Origin: a virus
Virus record (IMG/VR): IMGVR_UViG_3300024272_000034
Reading direction: 5' to 3' (one strand)
Length of the DNA stretch: 64,000 nucleotides
Below, in pieces: positions 28,086 to 41,467 of this stretch (within the stretch, counting starts at the first letter, position 1; the number at the start of each line of letters is the position of its first letter). The notes below the pieces were generated by a model. The model had not been told where the DNA came from. It worked only from the letters and a program-made list of their open reading frames with translations, and did no database searches. Made by a program: the position numbers and the translations under genes.

Positions 28086-31000
28086 ATGGGAAACAATGCT
28101 GTTTTTCGTGTTGCTCGTGGATTAGATGAAAAAATAAATCAATTACCGTATGATGATGGTAAAGTTTATTTTGCTATTGATACTAAAAAAATTTATTTAG
28201 ATGCGAATGAACAAAGAACACCAATGGGTGGAAATACTGGTATTTATTATGGTAAAGCCGATTTTACTGGTGAAATTGGACCAACTTTTATCTTTAAATT
28301 TGAAGATATTGATGGTGATAATTTACCTAATATTAATGATTTAATTTTAAATAGCGATGGTAGTTTCTATAAAGTTATATAGATTTTAAATGAAGATGGT
28401 GAAATCTTTACCGAAAAATTAACAATTGCTGGTTCTGGTGGAGGAGGAGCTAATCCAGATGAACCTAGAGGAGAAATTAGTGTTGATATAAAATTTGATT
28501 CTACTGTAATTGTTGGTGAAAAAATTTTATTAAAAATTAAATTATTAGCAACAGATGCAGAGGGCCAAAATACTGGTGATGGCCGATATGAAATTAAATT
28601 ATAGAATATATTAAAAAAGAGCGGTACTTTAATTAATTCTGCAGGAGAAGATGAAGCTATTGAAAATTTAATTGATATTACTGATTTGTGTGTATTACCT
28701 GGAGATTATACTTTTAGAGTGAATTGCTATGCAGATACTGGTAATCTTGAACCTGAAGTAGTACCAAGAAACATTAAAATTAAAGTAGTTAATTTTACTA
28801 CTACTTGGAATTATACAGATACTACTATTAATAGTGTTTATTCTGATTTTACTATGACTTGGAGTACTAATGTTCAAGATGATAGTTATAGAGCTTATAT
28901 TGTAATTGATGATATTTATCCTTTTGATATTAAAGGAACTTCACTACATATTGCAAAAGAAAATTTAGCTGATTATGGTTTAAAACATGGCGCTCATAAA
29001 ATTGAATTACAATCTTTCGCTAAATTTGGTAATAGTTTAACTGAAAAATCAAGTAATAAGATTATAAAAAATGTAATCTTTTATGATAATGATCCAAATA
29101 TAACAAATTATATTATTGCTTGTGATTTCTTTGAAACTAATGTATAGCAATATAATACAATTCAATTACCAGTAATGATTTATCATGCAAGTAATATAAA
29201 TGGTACAGCAACAATTACATTTAAAACAAATAATAAAGTAACTGAATTAACAAATTGTAAAAATTTAACTAAATATATTTTTACTTATACTCCAGATAAA
29301 GCAGGATTTATTCCATTACAATTTTTAAGTGGTGGAACGACATTAGATTTAAATTTAAATGTAGAAGCTTTAGATATTAATGTTCAAGAAGTTTCTGGTT
29401 ATGAATTTAAATTTAAAGCAACAGATTTTGCTAATGATGAAGAAGTTAAACAATGGACTTGTAAGAATAAGCAAATTGAATTTTCTGAAAATTTTGACTG
29501 GATTAATGGCGGTTTAAAAAATGGAGATAATGATATCGGACCTTATTTTAGAATACAAGCTGGACATTGGATGAAAATTCCTTATAAACTTTTTGAAGAA
29601 GATTTAAAAAATACTGGTGCTTGTTTTAAAATGGTTTTTAAAGCTTATAATTGTAGAGATTATGATGCTACATTTATTAATTGTTTATCAAATGATAAAG
29701 GATTGGAAATGAAAGCATAGGGTGCTAATATCATATTAAATTCTAAAAAATCATTAAATACTCGTTATTGTGAAGATACATATATTGAATATGAATTTGA
29801 TATATGCAAATTTAATGAATCTAATAGAAGTGACCAATATTATACAATTTGGTTAGATGGTATACCTGCCAATGTTGATAATATGGGTATTACAGATTCA
29901 TTTTTACAAGCTAATGCGCAAGATTTAATTATTGGTTCAGAAGATTGTGATGTATTTATTTATTTAATTAAATTTTATAAAAAACATTTAACATTTAATG
30001 AACATTTATAGAATTTTATTATTGATGTACCAAATGCTAATGAAATTTTATCAAGATATGTACGTAATGATATAATTCTTAAAGATTCTTATGGTAATGA
30101 ATATATATCTCCTGAATTATTAGCTGAAAAAAATCCAGAATGTAATGTCTATTTGCTTGAAGTGCCATACATTCCAACTTCCAAAGATGATGTAAGTATT
30201 CCTAATCCAGATGATCCAAATAATCCTAATAAAGAATGTTGTACTTTTTCTCATTTAAAAGGTAGTAAAAATCATTTACGTGATTATAGTGGTGTTAAAG
30301 TACGCGCGCAAGGTACATCTTCAATGGACTATGGCATAGCGGCTTATAATATGGATATTAAATTTCCAGAAAAATGGAGTATGGATGAAGAAGCAATTCC
30401 AGTAAATTATATGAATATGAAAGTTAATGTTGCTTCTTGTGAAGGAGCAAATAATGCTTTAAATCAAGAATGGTATAATAGATATTAGCCATATAAAACT
30501 CAAAAACGTTTAGCTAATAAAAATGCTCGTGATACAATGGAATTTAAAAATGGCGTTGTATTTATTAAAGATAATAATACAAGTACAAATAGTGCTCCAA
30601 CAAATAATAATGCTTTTGTTGAAATTGAAGGATATGTAAATAAACCTTATCATCGTATGTATTCTATTTGTAATTTAGGTAATTCAAAAAAGAATATAGA
30701 TGTATTCCATGGTCAAGGTAATTAGTATGAGTGCTGTGTTGAAGTAAATGATAATAATACTAGCGGACAACGTATGGTTTCACTTAATGGTTTTTATGAA
30801 GCTAATAAAGACTTAGGTGTTGAAGAACATGAAGTAGAATTAAATTTAAGTGATGATTTATTTGATGAAAACGGTTTTGTTAAACCAGGAGTTGATTGGG
30901 GAAAAACCTATGATGCCCAACTTGAAGGCAATGAAAATTTTACTGAAGAATAGAGATGGATTGATAATAAAATGCTATGGAATAATGCAATAATAAAAGA

Positions 31001-34000
31001 AGGTATTTATGGTTTTAGATATTGCATTGATAAAGATGATTTTATTGCATCTGAAGAATTTCCTACTTATGATGATTATGAATAGGAAATTAGTAATAGA
31101 TTTTTAAGATTAGTTAGATGGTTTGTAAAAAATAATCCTTCTCAAGCTACTAACGCTCCATTAGAAAATCCAATTGAATTTCCAACTTATATAATTAAAG
31201 GTATTAAAGAAACCGCTTATGCTAACTATAATGCTACTGAAATATTAGCTGGTACAGAAGTTAAAGAAGGACTTACATTTACAGTAGATTCTTCTGCCTA
31301 TAGAGTTGCAAAAATGCTTAGAGAGAGTGAAAATTATTTAATTTTAGACTCTATTTTCTATCATTATATTTTTATTGAACGACACAGTATGTTAGATAAT
31401 GTTGCTAAGAACACGTTCTGGAATACTGAAGATGGTATTCATTGGGAATTAACTAAAAACTATGATAATGATACAGCGGATGGAATTAATAATAGTGGAC
31501 ATTTAGCACTTGATTATGGCGTTGAAATTATGGATAATACAACTGATGGAAAAGAAATATTTAATGCTAGACCTTCATCATGGTTACATTTCGCACACGG
31601 ATGTTTATCATTAAGAGAAAAAATGTATTCTGCATTATTTAATACAAAGGATGATACTAATGCTTGGTCTGCTAATAAATACTTAGAATTATTTGAAAGT
31701 TGGCAAAATGCTATTCCAGAAATTTGTTGGATTCAAGATTTTTATAGAAAATATTTTAGACCTAATGATATTTATGGTGATGCATCTTATTTAGCGCGTT
31801 TAGCGAGTGGTAAAAAAACACATCAAAGAAAATAGTATGAACTTTATCAAGAACAATATCTTGATTCTGAATATAAAACATGTGCTAGACGTGGTGAAGC
31901 TATTTCCTGGCGTTCTATGTAGCCAAGTGATCCTGAAATTATGATTGATAATAAATATGTTTTAGGAGCTACTGTAAAAATGTATGCTGATGGATATTTT
32001 GCTATGGCTCTTGCTAATGGAGCTGGTACAGAAGAATCTGTAAATATTCATATAAGAGGTAAAAAAGGTTAGTTAATTAATTTCTCAAAATCTTAGGAAA
32101 CAAATTTTAATGATGCGACTTGTTATATATATGGTCCAAGTTTATATCAAGAATTTATTCATGCTGAATCAATATATCCTAGTTATATTACAGCTACAAA
32201 TGCAACTAAATTAAGAAAATTTAGTCTTGAACCAATGTATAATAGTTAGAAAATTATGCTTAAAACTAGCTTATCTTTTGGAGATAATTTAGAAGAATTA
32301 ATTTTAAAAGATTGTTTAAGTATTCTTGATGAAACTAGTGGAAAACCAACCAGTATTGACTTAAATTTAAAGAATTGTGTACGCTTAAAAAAGATTGATA
32401 CAACTAATAGTACTTTATTTGCAAGTTATGAAATTGCAGATGGTGCTCCATTAGAAGAATTTTATATTCATCAACCAACTGGTTTATATTTATAGAATTT
32501 AAGATATTTAAATAAAAATAAATTCAATATTGAAAATTATGATTCATTAACATCTATTTAGATTAATAATATTGATTATAATGATATTAATAGTATTGAT
32601 ATTTTAAATAATGTTTATAGACATAATAATTCAATTATATATAATTTAGAAAATGTAAAATGGAAGTTTAATAATGAAGATAATATCACCGATACTAATA
32701 TTCCACTATTGGATTATTTGTTAACTCAATCATTAGCAATTGCTGGCAAAACGAAAGCTTTATCTTTAACAGGTTCAGCAATTATACCATATGAAGCATA
32801 TGATGGAATTAACTTATTAAGTTTATATGAAAAATATGGATTAGATTCTGGTGAAAAAGATAATACTTATCCAAATTTAATTTTAAATTTCCTTGATAAT
32901 AATGAAAATTCTAGATTATATACTATCAATATTGAAAATGGTGATGGTTAGATTGTTTGGACAAGATAGGTAGATAATTTTAATACATTAACAAATGAGA
33001 TTTTATCCAATAGTGCTTTGGGAGCTTTTGACGCAACTGCTGCAATTGCTAAATCTTATAGCAATGAATTTGTTTATAATTTTGCCAATTCTTGGGAATA
33101 TATAATTAATAATGAAATTAAACCTATAGAACCATTAGATGAATAGGGAATGTATTAGTATTTAGATATGTCTAAATTATAGAATGTTAATGAATCTAAT
33201 ATTACTATTCGTCCAGTATATATAACAGATACTCGTTATTATACAATTCAAATATATGATGTGTGGGGAGAAAAAATTCATGAAGCAAAAGTTGAATATT
33301 TAGCTTCTTTTGATGAAGTGCGTCCTCCAGTTCTTCCATTAATGAATGATTCTAATTTGGAATTAGAAAAGACATATTATTTAAAAGGATATGGAACTGT
33401 TAGAACTGATAATAGTATCATTAATGAACAAGATTGGAAAGCCACAGCTGATTTAATTTTATATACAAAATTTGAAGAAAAAAATGTATATGATATTGAT
33501 TATTCTTCTTATTTAGATATAGATACAACTGGTACTGTATTAAATGGTTTAAAGAAAAATAAAAATGATGAATATATTTATTAGGGGCAGAAAATTGTAA
33601 TTCCAAAGTCTATTCAAACGATAGCAACTAAGGCTTTTGGTTTTGAACAAAACGATAAAGCACAAAGTAGTAAAACTAATTTAACAAAAGTTTTTTTTGA
33701 AACAAATAGTAATTTAATGTATATTAATAAAGCTGCTTTTGGTTATTCTAACCTTGAATATTTTGAATTTGTTAATTCTATTGAAAGAATTGGTGAACAA
33801 GCTTTTAGAGGATGTAATTTATAGGCTATTAATTATAATGGTATATTAAAATTACCAACTTCTTTAAAACAAATTGGTTAGCATGCTTTTAATAGTTCTT
33901 TCGGTTCAATAACATAGAATGTAGAATTATTCGTGCAGATCCCATCAACTATTATAGAAATAGATAGTTATGGTTTAGCTCACTGGGGACCAATAAAAGC

Positions 34001-34238
34001 TGATATTGCTATTGGTTCTTCCAATAGTTTTTCTAATTTAAGTTTAGAAAAAACTCAAGGTGGAGTACCAATTATAAGTAGTAACTATGGTAATGATAAA
34101 GATATTTGTAATATTTATTTTTATACTAAAAATTATAAAGATAATAGCATTATTAATGGTATTCTTATTGGTGAATTTTTTGATGATAAAAATTTAAGTA
34201 GTAATTATAATATTACTGTTCATTATATTGATTCGTGA
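28086..34238 (+). CDS. giant (2050 aa) host-recognition/tail protein with C-terminal BspA-type leucine-rich repeats
   Basis: RBS AAAGGAGAAA upstream. Ten track ORF fragments are in one frame joined only by TAG, ending at TGA 34236-34238. The C-terminal region (IPKSIQTIATKAFGF...INKAAFGYSNLEYFEF...IGEQAFRGCNL...LKQIGQHAF) matches the BspA-like LRR pattern. Confidence 0.65.
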
Positions 34239-34247
34239 GGTAAGAAA

Positions 34248-34451
34248 ATGAAAAAAACAAAAATATATACTTATTTAGGTACAAATGGAACAATAACTTC
34301 TCCTATTCATTTAGAAAATATTTATAGTGTAGTAAAATATAATTTAATACCACAAGATGGTTATAAATTAACTAATGATGGTATTAATTTTTATAACTAT
34401 AAAGTTATAAGTGAAAATGAATTAGATCAATGGTATGAGGTTAAAGTTTAA
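34248..34451 (+). CDS. small hypothetical protein (67 aa)
   Basis: RBS GGTAAGAAA upstream. There are no internal stops. Confidence 0.4.
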   Translation: MKKTKIYTYLGTNGTITSPIHLENIYSVVKYNLIPQDGYKLTNDGINFYNYKVISENELDQWYEVKV

Positions 34452-34504
34452 GGACAAAAATAATTAAAATAAATTATTTTAATTGCATATAATATAGAAA
34501 TAAA

Positions 34505-34542
34505 TATTGATAGAGAATAATTTAAATTATTCTCTATCAATA
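34505..34542. repeat. perfect 18/18 inverted repeat (terminator or operator)
   Basis: TATTGATAGAGAATAATT / AAATTATTCTCTATCAATA lies between genes, preceded by the -10-like TGCATATAAT. Confidence 0.5.
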
Positions 34543-34568
34543 TAATTCTATAGAAAGGATGAATATAA

Positions 34569-36471
34569 ATGATTACAAAAGTAACGGAACAAAATTCTGT
34601 AAAATATCAAAAATTATTCAGAGAAGCTGAAGAATTATTAAAAAGTACTGGTACTGAAGATATTGTAGTTGGAGAAACAATTGACGATTTATATGAATAT
34701 TTTATTGCTTTTCCTTCAATCTTAAATGCGGCCGCTATTAAAGATGCTTCTGATGATAATAAAACTGGTGATCCTGAATATTACCAAAAGTATTTTACTA
34801 TATTACCTTTAGATGAACCAGTATTTGAAATTAATGCTGATACTCGTGCGATTACAATTCCACAGCAATTTAAAAGTATTGGTGTAACTGGTGATAATAT
34901 TGCGGAAATTGTTTTCTTTTCTATTGATAGATTCTTTGATGCTGTTGATTTTGGTGCTCCTGAAATTGAAGCTGTAATTGAATGGCATCGTACTACCGGA
35001 GATAATCAAGATACTTATGTTGATAAAGCTTATATAAAAGAATTAACATTAAAAGAAAATAAAGTTTTAATTGGATGGGTTATTGATGAACGCATTACTG
35101 AAGAGCCTGGTACAATTGAATTTGCTGTAAGATTGGTTATGAAAGACGAAAAAAATGAAATTATTTATAGTTTTAGTACATCAGCAGCAAAAGTAAATAT
35201 TAATAAAACACTTAATTTTTATCCAGATGCTACTGAAATTGATAATACGGCGATTGCGCAAGTTAAAGCTCGTATTTTAGCAACTAATTCGCCTGATGTA
35301 TCAAATGAAAATTCTTTAAATGCTCCAGCATATAATATTATAGAAGACGATGGTGATGAAATATCTACAAATATTGATTCTATGGTTGATGATGAAGGAA
35401 AACCATTAACATATTCTTATACTTCTACTAATGATTTTTATGCCGATTTTAATGATGAAGATAATGCTTTAGTAGTAAATGTTAAAGCTAGAAGTACTAA
35501 TGGTAATGGAGATGAACGTCTTCTTTATCGTTGGTTTAAATGGAATGAAAATGATAAAAACTGGCAAGCTTATCCTATTGGAGCTGTTGAAGCAGTTGAT
35601 GGAAATCAAACTATTATTGATTCTATTGGTAAATTTAAATGTGTAGCAATAGATAATGTTGGTATTCGTAGAGCGACAAAAGATAGCCAAATTCTTCATA
35701 TTCTTGGTCCATAGAAACCAGAAGTTAAAACTGCTGATGAAGGAGTTTATACTTCTATAATTTTAACCAATGAAGCAGATGGTATGGAATTAAATGTAAA
35801 ACCAGGTCATGAAAATGATGTATTTTATGTTGATAATTATGATATTAATAATAAAACAAAATTATCTTATGAATGGAAAAAGAGCAATAATCTTAATGAT
35901 ACTATTAAGATTGATATTGAAGATGCTTATGAACAAAAATATCAAGCAAAAGAAGAGGGCTATTATTATGGTTATGCTATAACTTAGCGTAATTTAAAAA
36001 TTGAAACATCTGATGAAGCTAGTATATATCGTGTAACTAAGCCTTTAATTCAACCTACTTTATAGTATACTGTATTAGGATTATAGAATGGTACTAATGG
36101 TAAAATTGGAGAAACTATTGAAATTGATTTTAGCACTTATGATGATGAAGGCAATGTATTAACAACTTATGCTTATGATACAATTGATTATTAGTGGTAT
36201 CGTTCTATGAATCAAAATCAAGGTGATAGTAGTTATCAAAAAGTTGAAGATGAAGACTATAATCAAGGACATCTTACAGCTACTGATAGAAAAATTTTAT
36301 TTACACCAAAAACTCCAGCAGCTTATAGAATTAAATTATTGGTTAAACGTAATGGATAGAGTATTCCTGAAAAAGATTTTGATGAAAATGATTCATCCAC
36401 TTGGCCAATGTTAAATCAATTATAGACCAATGGAACTTATGATGAATTAACTATTTCAATGAGCATAGATT
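34569..36471 (+). CDS. structural protein with Ig-like C-terminal region (634 aa); N-terminal domain paralogous to the gene at 36496
   Basis: RBS AAAGGATGAA upstream. Track ORFs 34569 and 35784 are joined through TAG. It ends at TAA 36469-36471. Confidence 0.55.
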
Positions 36472-36495
36472 AATCAATAAAGGAGGTTATAAGAT

Positions 36496-37059
36496 ATGAT
36501 AACCAATCCGGTTGATTATTACAATAAAATATTATAGATAAAAGATTTAAATAAACCTCAATATGCGCTTTTGCTTCCAACAGATGAAACAATTTATGAT
36601 ATTGATTTATCTACAAGAGAAGTTAAAGCACCTAAATTTTTAAGTTTACACAAAGATCATTATGCGGAAACCATTTATTTTAAAGTTGATAGATTTTTTG
36701 ATAATATGGATTTAGCAGATACAGTTTGTACTATTTAGTATGTAAATGATGGTGTAAAAAAACTTACAGGTGAAGCTGATGCGGGTCGCATTTATTTAGT
36801 ACCATTTTTTGATATTTTTACATATCGTGATGACAATAAAATGCTTATTCCTTGGCAAATTAGTGGTTTAGTAGCTAGAGCTCCTGGTAATATAACCTTT
36901 TCATTTAGATTTTATAAATTAAATGAAACAGGAGATTTTATTTATTGTTTAAATACTTCTCCTGCTACAAGTAAAATTCTTAATGGATTAGATTTAAAAC
37001 TTCCAGAAAATGATGAAGGTTATATGGAAGCAGGAATTGTAGATGATATTTATCATTAG
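36496..37059 (+). CDS. hypothetical protein (187 aa), paralog of the N-terminal domain of the gene at 34569
   Basis: RBS AAGGAGG upstream. Shared motif: LPxDEx[FY][ED]I[ND]xxTRx[IV]xxP ... AExx[FY]F.[IV]DRFFD.[VM]D[FL]. Confidence 0.5.
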
Positions 37060-37114
37060 ATAGATATTGTGAGTAAAGCTACTGATTTATATTGGATTGA
37101 AGTTGAATAAAAAT

Positions 37115-37143
37115 TTGACATAAATAAAAATTTATGTTATAAT
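37115..37143 (+). promoter_or_regulatory. consensus sigma-A promoter TTGACA-N17-TATAAT at the head of the rSAM cassette
   Basis: Exact hexamers with a 17-nt spacer. Confidence 0.6.
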
Positions 37144-37177
37144 AATATAAAAGAAAAGAAAGGTTAGGTATTTAATT

Positions 37178-37483
37178 ATGGCAACTACTTTAACAATTAA
37201 TTATTCTGTAAATGGAGTAGAAAAGAATCTTATATTAACTGAAATTACTAGATGTTCTGAAGATTTTAAATCTGAATATGTTTCTTTAAATATTTCTTGT
37301 AATGATATTGTTGAAAATAGTATTTTAGGTGAATTAATGAATTCTATAATTTCTGATATCATTTTTATAGAAGACTCTGAAACTACCACTTTTACTAATT
37401 ATACTCGTCTTTATAATATTAATCGTTCTTATAAAGGTGAAGGTTCTTCTTTAACTTTTAATTTAAGAGAATATTTTAATTAA
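37178..37483 (+). CDS. hypothetical protein (101 aa, no TAG), first gene of the cassette
   Basis: RBS AAAGGTTAGG upstream. A clean ORF. Confidence 0.45.
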   Translation: MATTLTINYSVNGVEKNLILTEITRCSEDFKSEYVSLNISCNDIVENSILGELMNSIISDIIFIEDSETTTFTNYTRLYNINRSYKGEGSSLTFNLREYFN

Positions 37484-37519
37484 TTTATTAAATTAAAATG
37501 AATAAAGGAGGAATAATTT

Positions 37520-38689
37520 ATGGCAGCTGATGATAAAATATTAGCAACGTAGATTAGTACAAATTCTTCTTCCTGGTATCAAAGATTAAGAGCTATTTAG
37601 GCAAATAATAAAACAGGTATAGGCGGGTCTGCTTTATAGCAGACCGCCGACCCTGGTATCACTTCAGGAACGAAGATGACAGCAACACATATTAATAATT
37701 TTATTAATGCTTTAACAGCTTTAAAATCAAATGTATTTTTAGCTTATGCGGATTGGACTAATTATACTCCTTCTACTGTTTCTAGTGGTGGAAAAGCTAA
37801 TGCTTCTACTACATAGACTAAAATTAATAATATGTTAACATCACTAGAAAGTATATGTAGTAATTGTTAGACATATAGTACAAATAGTTATTCTAATACT
37901 TGTTCAAATAATGCTACAACTAGTTATTCAACCTATTCGGAAAGTATTGATAAATATAATTATTCTAATACATGTAAAACTACTTATAATTCCACAGAAT
38001 CTACAAACTCTACTTGGAGTGAAAGCTGTAAAACAACTTCTAATAGTACTAATAGCTATTGTTCTGATGCTAATTGTAGCGCTTATAGCGAGAATGAAAC
38101 TTGTGCAGAATTTTATGTTGGTAATAGCACTTATTCTACAGATAGCACTAGCTCAAATTCTACTTATGGAGTTGGAGATTCTACTTAGGCAACAGATGCT
38201 ACTTCTGTTTGTGCTACTTTATCAACTTATAATGATGAAATATCTTATAGTACAGATTGTAGTGATGGTTGTTGGGATTGTACTTTTCATTCTTATTGTC
38301 CTGCAGCTGAAGTAGCTACTTATAGCGTCGGAGAGTGTTCAACTAATGCTACTAATTCTGAAAATTCAACAGAAGGAGTTTGTAGCACTTGTAGTACTAA
38401 TTCTACTGATTTTTATTGTAATGAAAACTCTTGTACTGAACATACAAATAGAGGTACATATTCAAATCATTCACAATGTAGTACTTGTGGAAAAAACAGT
38501 ACATATAATGATACTTGTCAAACTTGTGAGACTGATTCAACCACATCAAATACAACTTATACTTAGTCAAATTCTACATATACTAACACTAATGATGGTT
38601 ATAGTACATATTCAAAAAAAGCTACATATGGAACATATACTAATACAAGTGGTAATTCAACATATTAGACTTATACGGTAAAAAATTAA
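37520..38689 (+). CDS. Cys/Ser/Thr/Asn/Tyr-rich protein (389 aa, 22 Cys, 9 in-frame TAG); candidate rSAM substrate
   Basis: RBS AAAGGAGGAA upstream. Codon-by-codon translation gives an ordinary ~100-aa N-terminal region, then ~290 aa of low-complexity S/T/N/Y-rich sequence with CxxC and Cx2-6C spacings (SICSNCQTY, SYCSDANCSAY, DCSDGCWDCTFHSYCP, CSTCSTNS, CNENSCTEH, CSTCGKNS, CQTCETDS). It ends at TAA 38687-38689. Confidence 0.6.
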
Positions 38690-38719
38690 TTGAAATGAGA
38701 TAAAGGAGAAAATATTTTA

Positions 38720-40078
38720 ATGTTACAAGATAGAGAAACAATTATTTTATATACTACAGCAGTATGTAATTTAAATTGTACTTATTGTTTTATTGATAAA
38801 AATCCAAGTTTAAAAAAGATAGATCAATGGCTTGATGATAGTTTTTTAAAAACTCCAGATTATTATTTTGAATATGCAAAAAAAGCCGTTTTACAAGAAA
38901 AACTAAAAGAAGTATAGATTTGGGGTGGAGAACCTTTTTTGGGTATGCATAGAGCCTATGCAACAATAGATAAATTTATTAATTATTTTCCAAATTTAAA
39001 AAATTTTATGACTTCTACAAATTTTGTATCTCATTGTTTTTTTGAAGAATTTTATGGACTTCTTGATATTTTTAGAAAGCATCCAAATAGAAATTTTACA
39101 TATAGTTTATAGTTATCATTAGATGGTGTAAAGGAAATAAATGATATTAATAGAGGTAATGGAGTTACTGATCGTTTTATTATTAATTTTGAAAAATTTG
39201 TTAAAGAATTACAAACTTTATTACCAAACAATTTAACATTAAAAATGCATTTAAAGCCCACTATTGATACAAATTCTTTGAAAAAATTATAGACTAAAGA
39301 ACAAGTTTTTGAACAATTTATCTTTTTTGAAAGCTTCAATGAAGTATATTTGAAATATAATAAAAAAAATAATTTACTATTTTCACTTCCAATTCCTAAT
39401 ACAGCTTGCCCATCTCCTCATACTCAAGAAGATGGAATAATGTTTGCAAATTATTGTAAAATAACAAGAGAGCTTGAAAAAGAAAATAAAAATAATAAAA
39501 TTTTTAAATTTTATAATAATATTACAAGCTTTACTCCAAGAAGAAAAATTCAATATGACAAACTTTCATTATCAGGATATTGTCAAGGTCATTGTGGTAA
39601 TGGAAAAAGAGCTATTGGTCTTTTACCTAACAATATGGTTTCTTGTTGTCATAATGGTTTTGTTGATTTGCTAGCTGAATATAAAAAGAATGTATTAACA
39701 AATAGTGAACATATGGATAATGTTACTATTGAAAAAAGTTTATTTAAAAATAAACGTAATACTTTAATTTTCCCTTATGATAGTAAAGAATTTGAAATGT
39801 ATCAAAAACAATTAGAAGTTTTTTATCAAAATGATGATACTGCCAAAATTTCTAATTGTGCTTCTTTAATTAAATTATTGGCTGATTTTGAACAAATTGA
39901 TAAAAAATATCAAGATAAAAAAGAAGCTGTTAAAGGTGCTTATTTTATTTTTAATACTACATCATATTGTGTTAGAGATAATTTAGGTGTGACTGGAAGC
40001 ATCTATATGTATCCTGTTGGTTTAATTAAATTATTGCTAAATGGAGCTAGAGAATATATTGAGGAAGGATGTAATTAA
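38720..40078 (+). CDS. radical SAM enzyme with C-terminal Cys-rich (SPASM/twitch-like) region (452 aa, 3 TAG)
   Basis: CNLNCTYC (CxxxCxxC) near the N-terminus and GGEP in IWGGEPFL. C-terminal cluster CQGHCGNGKRA...SCCHNGF. Track ORFs 38720 and 39350 are in frame across TAG. Confidence 0.7.
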
Positions 40079-41467
40079 ATGGCAAAGTGTTTAAATTTTT
40101 AGGAAGAAAAAGATGTTATTTTATGGTCATTAATTAATGATACATTTGGAAGACTTTTTTCTAAAGAAAAAAAAGAAGATATTGAACATGATATGGGGTT
40201 AGAAATTTATATAACCCCTGAATGTAATTAGAATTGTTCTTATTGTTATTTATGTAAAAATGGTGATGAACTTTATCCTAAAGAATTAAGAAATCCTACA
40301 ATAATTTTAAATAATTTAAAAATTATGTTAGATTATTGTATTGATAATAATTGGAATCCTGGAAGATTTGATTTTTTTTCTGGAGAAATTTGGGATACTG
40401 ATTTAGGTTATAATGTTTTAAGCATTACAGAAGAAGCAATAGAAAGAGGTTTTCACCCTAGACTAATTGTAATTCCATCAAATTTTAGTTTTATTTTAAA
40501 TGAAGAAGCTAAAAATAGAGTTGAAAAATTTATGGAAAAATGTAGACAATTTAATATAAAGCCATGTTGGTCTTGTTCTAATGATGGTTTATTGTTAGAT
40601 TTAGAGACAAGACCATTTAATTCAGATGAATTAAATGCAAAAAAAGATACTGAAGATTATTATAAAAAATTATTTGAATTTTGTAAAAAATGGAATTTAG
40701 GTTTTCATCCAATGGTGGCAGCACACGGAATTGAAAAATGGTCAGAAAATTTTTTATGGTGGATGTCAGAATTAAAGAAATATAAATTTGAAAGAAATTC
40801 TTCAATAATGTTTTTAGAAGTTAGAAACGATGATTGGACAGATGATAAAATTTATCATTATTTAAAATATTTAAATACTAGTATTAATTATTTAAATGAT
40901 GAATGTATTAATTTAAATACATTGTCTTTTGAAGATTATGTTAGAAAAACTAATAAAAATATTAAATACAATTATACACCTGTTATTTTAGAAAAATCAA
41001 GTTTATAGCCTGGATGCACTATTCATAGATCTTTAGTTATTCGTTTAGGTGATTTAGCAATAGTTCCTTGTCATAGAACTTCTTATGAAGAATTTATTAT
41101 AGGACATTTTAAAGTAGAGAATAATAAAATTATAGGAGTTACAGCTAAAAATATTCAAATAATGAATTAGGTATGGCTAAATAATATGAGTGGTAATGCT
41201 AAATGCACTAATTGTCCTTATAGCAATTACTGTATGAAAGGATGTTATGGTTCTTAGTTTGAATCTACTGGAGAATTATTATATCCAATAGAATCAGTAT
41301 GCAATTTATATAAAGCAAGAGCAATATTTATTTTTTATAAATATTTAAAAATGGGTATTTATAGAGAAGATAATCCCGAGGATAAAAAATATTTTGATTT
41401 TATTCAATCAATTAAAGATACGAAGGAGTTTAAAAAATGGTACAAAATTGTTTAGGAATTGATTTAA
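40079..41467 (+). CDS. second radical SAM enzyme with C-terminal Cys cluster (462 aa, 5 TAG)
   Basis: Start overlaps the upstream stop (TAAATG). The rSAM motif is CN(TAG)NCSYC, i.e. CxxxCxxC if TAG is sense. C-terminal CTNCPYSNYCMKGCYGS resembles SPASM. Track ORF 40325..41008 is in frame. Confidence 0.65.

Noticed and set aside
2841-34238. Dense stop codons fragmenting the + strand into short ORFs, suggesting a degraded or pseudogenised region.
   Set aside because: All fragments of each gene lie in a single frame and the interrupting stops are only TAG. The translations read as continuous proteins, so this is recoding and not decay.
37911-38681. Track ORFs 37911..38315 and 38346..38681, encoding Leu/Ile/Val-rich 'membrane' peptides.
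   Set aside because: They are alternative-frame readings of the S/T/C/N-rich gene 37520..38689. They fall in different frames from each other and lack RBS or start context. The Cys-rich frame is the one that runs through the whole interval.
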